From an uncultured delta proteobacterium (GTDB taxonomy: Bacteria > Desulfobacterota > Syntrophia > Syntrophales > Smithellaceae), in contig CAWJQM010000001.1 of NCBI GenBank assembly GCA_963845095.1, forward strand, positions 83,881 through 147,880: a stretch of DNA of 64,000 nt, read 5' to 3'. Under the pieces are notes generated by a model. It made no database searches. It was not told the DNA's origin and saw only the letters and a program-made list of their open reading frames with translations. Positions 57,085 to 64,000 of this stretch are shown one piece after another. The position numbers and the translations under genes are program-made. How positions within the stretch are numbered: position 1 is the stretch's first letter; every line of letters starts with the position of its first letter.

Positions 57085-58093
57085 TTATGCTCGACCGGCA
57101 AGATTCTTTGAAGATATTTTTTTCCTGGCCGCTTTCTTCTTACTTGGCAAGTTCCTCTTGTCAGTTGATCCCAGTTTGTTAAAAATGGGGATACTGCGTG
57201 TATGGTCGCCCTCGCAAGGGTAAAATAACCTTGCGGATTGAGGATCATCGGTAGCAATTAATACAGATTGGTCTCCCTGCCAGGTTCCATTCTCTACCTG
57301 TTCTATAAAATCGGTTATCACGCGGCTGACTATTTCCGGTATCTCGATGGTAAAAGCATGGCAAACATGCTGCATCAATATTAATTTTGAGTTCTTAATG
57401 TTTACTCTTAATTTTTCATGGTACCTTCGGGGTGTAAGAGCGTCAAATTCCCCGTTCAGAATCAAAGTCGGCGCCGTGATTTTTTTTAATTCAGGGGTAA
57501 AGTTTTTAAACTGCAGGAGTGACTCCATCAAACTCTGAATAGCATAGACATCATTATTGGAAAAACTATCCCGAATCATGGCCTGAAAATTATCCTGAAT
57601 TTTATGAAGATAATCATTGGAAAAATTATACATGGAAAACAGCTTTACCAGATACTCAAAACCAATCTGCATCATCCCTTCATAGAGATTAGCCCCGACC
57701 AAAAACAATTTATCATCCATTTCGCTGAAAGTACTTATCGGAATAATCCCGCTGATACGATCCGGGTAATCAATAGCAAATCTTAAGACCACGGCTCCGC
57801 CAAAGGAAATTCCGGCAATATAGGCTTTTTTTACCTTTCAAGTAGTCTAATAAAAGAGCAATGTCTTTTTCATGAGTCTGAAAATCAATAAACAGGGCTG
57901 GTTTTAAGGATTGCCCCTGCCCAATCATATCAAACAGCAGCACCCGGTAGCCGATCTTATTAAAATACTCCTGATAAACCTTCCAGTGCATAACTCTTTG
58001 CGTAAGGCCGTTGACAAATACAATGACAGGTCCTTTGCCGTTTCCGGTAAACTCATAGTAGACCTCTTTATTATTCTGGCGAAAAATCGGCAT
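57085..58093 (-). CDS. Alpha/beta hydrolase (frameshift near 57835)
   Basis: FVNGLTQ, FDMIGQGQS, GISFG, NGEFD, CHAFTIE. Confidence 0.85.
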
Positions 58094-58419
58094 AGGGTTT
58101 TCCTCTCAGGTTGATGAGAACATGCTTCTCCTGGAAGGGAGTATAGTCAAGACGTGGTTTTGAGTCAATTATAAACTGACCACAAAACAGGCGGCGGGCG
58201 CGGTTGTTCATTTCACATTTCGTTCAATTTCTTTTAACCTTTTATTCAAGGAAACAGCGAAAATAGAGGTCAACCCCTGTTTTCCCGAAATGCCCTGCTG
58301 CATTTATTTATCGAGTATTATCATGGTGTTATAAAATATTATGCTCGATCTTCTGTTTTTGGCACGATATTTCCAATAGAATAAAGCCAAACAGACAAAC
58401 CTTGAGGAGGTAACAGATC

Positions 58420-58695
58420 ATGAAAAAGACTTTAGGAACAATGATGGTAACGGCAGCGGTGGTTCTTTTAACAGCAACTTTCGGTTTTGCCGAATACGCG
58501 GCAGCAGGCACAACCAATTTCCCGTATTTCCAGCTGGGCTGCTTAATTGTCGGCGGGTTGATCATGGTTTCTTTAAAAAGGAGATTTGAAAAACTGTATA
58601 CGGCGGAAGTGGTCGGTGCCTTCGCCCTTTATACAATCCTGATGGCCCTGTTCACCAATCCGGTGATTGAAGCCGTGAAGAATATCGTCAGCTAA
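58420..58695 (+). CDS. Small hydrophobic hypothetical protein (91 aa), copy 2
   Basis: Two amino-acid differences from 53178..53453. Confidence 0.85.
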   Translation: MKKTLGTMMVTAAVVLLTATFGFAEYAAAGTTNFPYFQLGCLIVGGLIMVSLKRRFEKLYTAEVVGAFALYTILMALFTNPVIEAVKNIVS

Positions 58696-58769
58696 GGGAC
58701 ACGACAAAATCTCATCAATACCGGCAAGCCTATAAAGCCGATTAAAACAGTAGGAGAAGGAGCAGTAGC

Positions 58770-58989
58770 ACCTCCGCAGGTAAATAACTTGTTCGATCTT
58801 GATGTTATCGGCTGGGCTTTTGCGATGGTTATTGCTTCTTTCCTGTTCCTTTACGTCGGCCACTTGCTGGATGAAATTCTGGGAACAGCCCCTAACTTCA
58901 TGCTGGGTTTATTTTCCTGGCCCTTTTGCGTCATGCGGCTCTACAGGAAGCTGAAAACAATGATTCTACCCCGCTTAAAACATGATTAG
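58770..58989 (+). pseudogene. Degraded copy of the AtpZ/AtpI-like gene
   Basis: WAFAMVIASFLFLYVGHLLDEILGTAPNFMLG retained; start and end disrupted. Confidence 0.65.
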
Positions 58990-59111
58990 CCCCTGCTTTA
59001 AGGGGGTTTCTTCTTGCTGCACGAGGCAGGAATCACAGGTGTGAGAGATGCTGCTCTTGCGCCGGTATTGTCCTCAACGATGACGGCGACAGCAGGAAGG
59101 GGCTTTGCGGG

Positions 59112-59534
59112 TTATTCTTCCATATAAGGTTTTACAAGCAAGTCCCATTCATCCTCAGATTTGCATTTCTTTTTCATTACCTTGCAAAAAAAAGTTCCAT
59201 TACTTTGAAAGAATCCGTATTCCTTATTGTCGTCTAAACTAAACAAAAACTTTTGCGTCCGTTTTTTTTTGTTCTGTGTAAAATCATTGGTGGTAAATAC
59301 AACGAAACATTTCTTCAGTTTCTTGTTATAATGATTTTGATAACTATTGACCCCTGACTCCTCTTCATTAATCGTAATTTCATTCCCATATGTTTCTTTG
59401 AATCTCTCCTCACTCTGAATTCTGCATTGCTCCATTAATGCCTCATCCTCTTTATCCGAAGAGGAATAAATGCTCTGCGGGAAGAGAAATAATGAACAGA
59501 TAAGTATGATAATCACCGCGAAATTCTTACTCAT
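59112..59534 (-). CDS. Hypothetical exported protein
   Basis: Signal peptide, 4 Cys in the mature part, AT-rich. Confidence 0.7.
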   Translation of the reverse strand: MSKNFAVIIILICSLFLFPQSIYSSSDKEDEALMEQCRIQSEERFKETYGNEITINEEESGVNSYQNHYNKKLKKCFVVFTTNDFTQNKKKRTQKFLFSLDDNKEYGFFQSNGTFFCKVMKKKCKSEDEWDLLVKPYMEE

Positions 59535-60049
59535 TCCATGATGCCTTGATCATTTTTGTCGTTACGGCAAATAAACTTAGAATCCTTCTTCTTTTTCAAT
59601 GGTATCTTCGGGGTTACGCAAACTTTATGATATAATAAGTCCATCATACTATTGGGTATAATACCTTCCCAGGCACTATTGTTAAATGAATAACGATCTA
59701 AGACCTTTTCATCCTTGTTGAAATTAATAATATCTTTTAACCTCCACTGTTTGTTCTTACAATCAATTTCCCACAAAATAACCTCATGGGAATATTGCTG
59801 GTATTTTATGGATCTTTCTAAGTCATATTGTTTTACTTCTTCTATCCTCTTGTCCCTGGCAACATTCGTTACAGTCTTATAAGTCCAGACTAACTTAGTG
59901 TCCGATGATGTCGTGATAATTTTTATATTGTAATAGGAATTATATTCCAGCGGCTTCCATATTTTAGGGTTAGGTTGTTGCGCAAAACAAATCGCCGGGA
60001 AATAAGAGATAATGATGATTACAGAAATCCAGAAAATTTTGCGCTTCAT
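59531..60049 (-). CDS. Exported protein, surface-adhesin E-like
   Basis: Signal peptide MKRKIFWIS; VWT..EIDCKNK..WEGIIPNS..VC pattern. Confidence 0.6.
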   Translation of the reverse strand: MKRKIFWISVIIIISYFPAICFAQQPNPKIWKPLEYNSYYNIKIITTSSDTKLVWTYKTVTNVARDKRIEEVKQYDLERSIKYQQYSHEVILWEIDCKNKQWRLKDIINFNKDEKVLDRYSFNNSAWEGIIPNSMMDLLYHKVCVTPKIPLKKKKDSKFICRNDKNDQGIME

Positions 60050-60098
60050 TAATTCTTCCCTTTCCGGTGGATTGATCAAATTGCCTCCCTCTTCGTTG

Positions 60099-61198
60099 TT
60101 AAACACCGGCACCAACAAGCGGTATTTCCGGAATTCGTCCGGTATTACTGGAGATACGAACCAGGGACATGCTTTCTGTGGGGCATTTTGTAACGCAGAC
60201 TCCGCAGCCCAGGCAGAATTTCGGATCTATCTTCAGCTTATCATCGATCAATTTCAGGGCCTTCATTTGGCAGAAATCCACGCATGTTCCGCAGCCGACA
60301 CAAGTTGCTTCATCCACACATGCGCGAAAATTCGACGATGCAGTAATGCCATAATCAATTCCTGCTTTACGAATAATCCTGTCTTTTCTCAACATAGAGC
60401 AGCAGCATTTACAGCAATTACATACTACAATGTTTCCGTATCGGCCAGATTGCTTGTATAATTAACCAATCCTGCTTCCTGGCATCTCTTGAAAAGGGCG
60501 TAAACTTCGTCTTTGGTAATGCGTGTTACATACCCCCTGTCAGCGAGGTAATCGGCCGTCTTGTTAAACCATACACAGCACTTGGAAGGAGCCCCCGATT
60601 TGCAGGGATAGCCCAGGAGCTTATTGCCGTGTTTGCAGCCGCATTCGCCTACAGCATAGGACGTTGCATTTTCAATGATACTGCTCAGCTTATCCCAGGA
60701 AACAACCTGCTTGTCCGCTGAAACAACTTCTTCTACACCGATAATTCGGCCGATCTGACTGGAATATTCTTCCCGGACTCTTTCGGGTTGCTTCAGCATT
60801 TCCGTTAAGATGGCGTCTTCTTCAGCATGGGCCTTGCCTATCAGTTTTAGCATTTTTCTCTGCCGCTCATTGTCCTCGCCCCGGAGCAATTGCATTTCCA
60901 TCAGGCCCGGTTCAAAAGGAAGGACTGAATATTCTTTATCTCCGTTTTTTCTGCCTGCTTCAAAGATTAATCCCTGCTCGGACATTTCCTTCAGCATCCG
61001 ATCCAGAGCCTTCTCATCCCTGCAAAGCAGGCCGGACAACTCTTGGGACGTATGGGCGCCCAGAGGGAAATCCCCGATTAATGCGGCCTGTTCTTCATTA
61101 AAAAGAACCTTCAGAGCATCCAGCATAGCATTCGTCACCGGATGTTTGATATCATTTTTATTCATCCGCTCCATCAGTTTTACATAGCTATCCTGCAT
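60099..61198 (-). CDS. 4Fe-4S binding protein with N-terminal wHTH-like region (frameshift near 60435)
   Basis: CGC, CNCCKCCC (after frame correction), CVGCGTC..C, CLGCGVC..CP. Confidence 0.87.
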
Positions 61199-61565
61199 AT
61201 CTCCTCCAGCTTGCCTGTTTTAATCTGCCTAGAATTTTTTCATCATAAAGTCAAAAGATCGGCCATTTTGAGGACTCCCTGAAAACCTTACCGGTTACAC
61301 TGTTTTTTCTCACTTGAATAAGCCTCTATCTGGCGAAAAAATCAAGCATTTAATAGCCTGAAGAACTTTTTAGGACGGACCCATCCCCGCGATGTAATAA
61401 CAGTTATGATGACGGCACCCTGAAGGTTATTTTGTGACAGAGCCGGGATTATCCATGGGAAATTAATTTCAAGAATATCAAGCAAATGACAGGTTGAAAA
61501 ATCTATAAAATTTTTTCGCAAAAAAATAAGGGGATAGAGAAGAATCTCTAACCCCTTGATTTTAA

Positions 61566-61610
61566 TGGTGCGCCCAGCAAGATTCGAACTTGCGACATCC
61601 AGATTCGTAG
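61566..61610 (-). tRNA. 3' half only of tRNA-Arg(ACG); probable att core, not a complete tRNA
   Basis: CTACGAATCTGGATGTCGCAAGTTCGAATCTTGCTGGGCGCACCA: anticodon loop, T arm and CCA present; D arm and 5' acceptor strand absent. Confidence 0.8.
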
Positions 61611-61924
61611 AGTGAGAACTGCTAATAATAACAATTATTAACGTATAATAACATCAAGAAATATAAAGCAATATCTTAAAGAGTATTTTATCTTGTTCCA
61701 TGTTTTATTATGCTGTTTTTCAAGGGTCTGGTCACAATTTGGTCACAAATTCATTTCATTCAAATTATGCTTGAGATAGTAAACGAGCGGCCATTTCATC
61801 ACTGGCTTTCTTCTCCAAAACTCTTCCCGCAGATAAGTTAGTTTTCTAGCATTATAGAAAGCTGTAACAATGAGAAGAAATACTAAAAATACTGAAAATG
61901 AAAATAGAACAAATTATAATTTGC

Positions 61925-62545
61925 TGTCCAAGCGTTTGGACACGTAATCTGGAAATAGTAATCGGGCTACGGATAATATGCAGTGTAATACTGCTGTGGA
62001 TGTTGATAAAAATAGTACAGAGGGTAAAGTAACATAAAGCATGAATGTACCTGACAAAACGCACGATGTTAGGCAAGAGAATAAGGTAGACAAAAGTAGA
62101 CAACTAATACTGAGCGAAGCGCAAAAAAATATTCTTGTTTATCTGGCAGGAAAGGGGTTGCATGTTCCGCAGACAGCAACCAAGCTTCAATTCTGATTTT
62201 TTTAGCAAGTATCTCGTTACGACTTTATTAAGAGCAAACCTGTAATAAAAAGTGCCGTATAATTTGCCCCAGGAATGCCTCTATTTCGCTGATAAAACCG
62301 CCAGGATCATTCTTTTTCAATAATCCTCAGAAAATTAGGGGGTAAATGGAATAGAAATAACTTTACGTGTCCAAGCGCTTGGACACGTAGAGTGGAAAAA
62401 GTAATAGGTTTAAGAATAATTTACAGCCTGTTGTTGCTGTGGATGATGATAAAAATAGTACAGAGGGTAAAGTAATATAAATAATGAATGTGCTTAATGA
62501 AATGCACAGAAACAGGGCAAAAGAAAAGGTTTAGAAAGGTTTAGA
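61925..62545 (+). repeat. Two ~175 bp imperfect direct repeats (61925.., 62368..), each headed by a palindrome
   Basis: Offset 443 bp; identical 29-mer TGATAAAAATAGTACAGAGGGTAAAGTAA; perfect 26-bp palindrome at 62364-62389. Confidence 0.85.
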
Positions 62546-62551
62546 TTCAAG

Positions 62552-62779
62552 ATGGCATTTACAAGACGAAATAATACAGCAACATGTCAACCAAAAGAAC
62601 TGGCATTCATGGCTGAGTATATTGGCAATGGCTATAATGGAACTAAGGCGCACATGACCGTGTATAAGAATGAGAATATTAATACGGCGGCACCTGCTGT
62701 AAATAAATTATTACGCCGGGATAGTGTAATAAAAGAAATAGAGCGGCAGGAAAAATCATTGCCGATAATGTTAATTTGA
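62552..62779 (+). pseudogene. Phage terminase small subunit fragment
   Basis: KELAFMAEYIGNGYNGTKA...AAPAVNKLLRRDSVIKEIE resembles the TerS N-terminal HTH. Confidence 0.65.
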
Positions 62780-63324
62780 TTTATTCAATGTGGAAAGGCT
62801 ATAAACAGAAACACAACAATTCATTGAATGGTTTAAACTGGCATTAATGCTGCTGGTAATAAGAATGCTCCGGAAGGGAAAGCAAGATGATAGGCTTTGC
62901 TCCGATAAATGTTGTTAGGTGGAAGTCGATACTAAAGCCGTGGCATAAAAGAGCAGAAAATATTGAGCCTAACTGGAAAGCAATTATGAAAATGAGAGAG
63001 ACGTTACAAAATATGAATTTACCTAACAAAATGCACGATAACAGGCAGGATGTTAAGGTTGATAAAGGTTGATATTTGAGATGTTTGAAAGGGCGGCTGA
63101 AAATAAAAATATCGATGATGGCTCCTCCCGCGGTGTACTTCCTGTTATTAAGCATCCTGTAATTTCGACGGTCATCCAACATTTCAAATGATTATCAATG
63201 AAATATTCCCTTGACTTTTTTATGGGGTAAGCGCAAATTTTGGAACAGTGAATAAGGCATAGTCAATCGGTTAACAACCAATTTGAACCCTTTTTGTAAG
63301 GGTGATGCCATGGAGAGATTATTG

Positions 63325-63362
63325 AAACCCCGTTTCTGAGAAGAGGCGGGGTTTTGTGTTTG
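63325..63362 (+). terminator. Terminator-like hairpin in a 5' leader
   Basis: AAACCCCGTTTCT-GAGA-AGAGGCGGGGTTT plus T-rich tract, just before the RBS. Confidence 0.7.
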
Positions 63363-63375
63363 TAAGGAGGAAGCC

Positions 63376-64000
63376 ATGACTGATATCTATGAGAGACTCA
63401 GAGAAAGGCTCGATATGTTTCCCCAGGGGTTCCCGAAGACAAGGAGCGGGGTTGAATTGAAAATACTGAAAGAGCTTTTTTCTCCGGAAGAGGCGGAAAT
63501 CATGCTTGCCTTGCGGCCAACCCCGGAACTCGTCAGTGTGATATCGGAAAGAATGGGTCGGGACGAATCAGAAATGACTGACATCCTCTTTCAAATGTCA
63601 AGGAAAGGATTGATACTGCGAGGCACGGTCGAGGGGTATACCTTTTATTTAATGGCTCCATGGATGGTGGGTATATGGGAGTTTCAGTTGAATAACCTAA
63701 ATAAAAACAACATACCTCTGTATGAAAAATACTTTGAGGAGGGTATTGTTCCTGAAAGAGGCCGTTCACATATAGGTGGATTTCGAGTAGTTCCCATAGA
63801 AAATGGATATAGAGGCTTGTCCTGAAGTTCAGCCCTTTGAAAAGGTGTCCGAAATAATCGAGTCAAGTCATCGGTTCGCGGTGGCCGATTGCATTTGTCG
63901 CAAAGAAGCCGCAATGATGGGGCATGGCTGCGACAAGCTCCTTGAAGGCTGCATGATGTTTGATCTGGCTGCGGACTACTATATTGAAAATGGGCTGGGA
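63376..64000 (+). CDS. 4Fe-4S binding protein, paralog of 60099..61198 (partial; frameshift near 63810)
   Basis: MTDIYERLRERLD..GFP..LKELFSPEEAE..MSRKGLI; later AVADCICRKE..GCDK..C. Confidence 0.85.

Larger units (their letters stand above)
58233..59010 (+). repeat. ~0.8 kb direct repeat, copy 2 (3' half degraded)
   Basis: Matches 52993-53833; many indels after about 58750. Confidence 0.9.
61566..63200. mobile_element. Degenerate prophage or phage-satellite remnant
   Basis: tRNA 3' fragment, tandem TGGTCACAA repeats, AT-rich, terS-like ORF. Confidence 0.65.

Noticed and set aside
60425..60427. Stop-codon read-through in the Fe-S gene
   Set aside because: The CNCCKCCC continuation is in a different frame, so this is an indel and not recoding.
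61566..61640. Complete tRNA-Arg gene
   Set aside because: The 5' half (acceptor strand and D arm) is absent.
61925..62545. CRISPR array
   Set aside because: Only two units 443 bp apart with conserved rather than unique following sequence; no cas genes in the window.

Overview
Bacterial chromosomal window. Gene content (selD with an in-frame UGA, ADP-forming acyl-CoA ligase, LIV-type transporters paired with CoA ligases, CNCCxCCC-type Fe-S proteins) suggests an anaerobic syntrophic Desulfobacterota such as Smithella/Syntrophaceae; this is inference. About a third of the genes are split by single-base indels, most likely unpolished long-read errors. Core genes include purL (partial), rmuC, a TRAP transporter converging on pxpABC, a LIV ABC transporter with paaK, fbp/aldolase/ADH, a TetR-linked second LIV ABC transporter with an acyl-CoA ligase, ddl, selD, thrC, tatA, rodZ, suhB and an MlaEFD-PqiC system. 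Main non-routine signals: (1) a Tyr-rich leader peptide (YYGYYYY) with terminator/antiterminator geometry ahead of the LIV-paaK operon, a candidate tyrosine attenuator for aryl-acid salvage; (2) two attC-like sites around a BrnTA cassette with no integrase in the window; (3) two AT-rich islands bounded by the same pair of homologous non-coding motifs; (4) a ~0.8 kb direct duplication bracketing a lipase/hydrolase cluster; (5) a phage or satellite remnant at a tRNA-Arg(ACG) 3' fragment with terS and palindrome-headed repeats; (6) a riboswitch-like leader before an Fe-S gene; (7) Sec-containing SelD with a SECIS hairpin.
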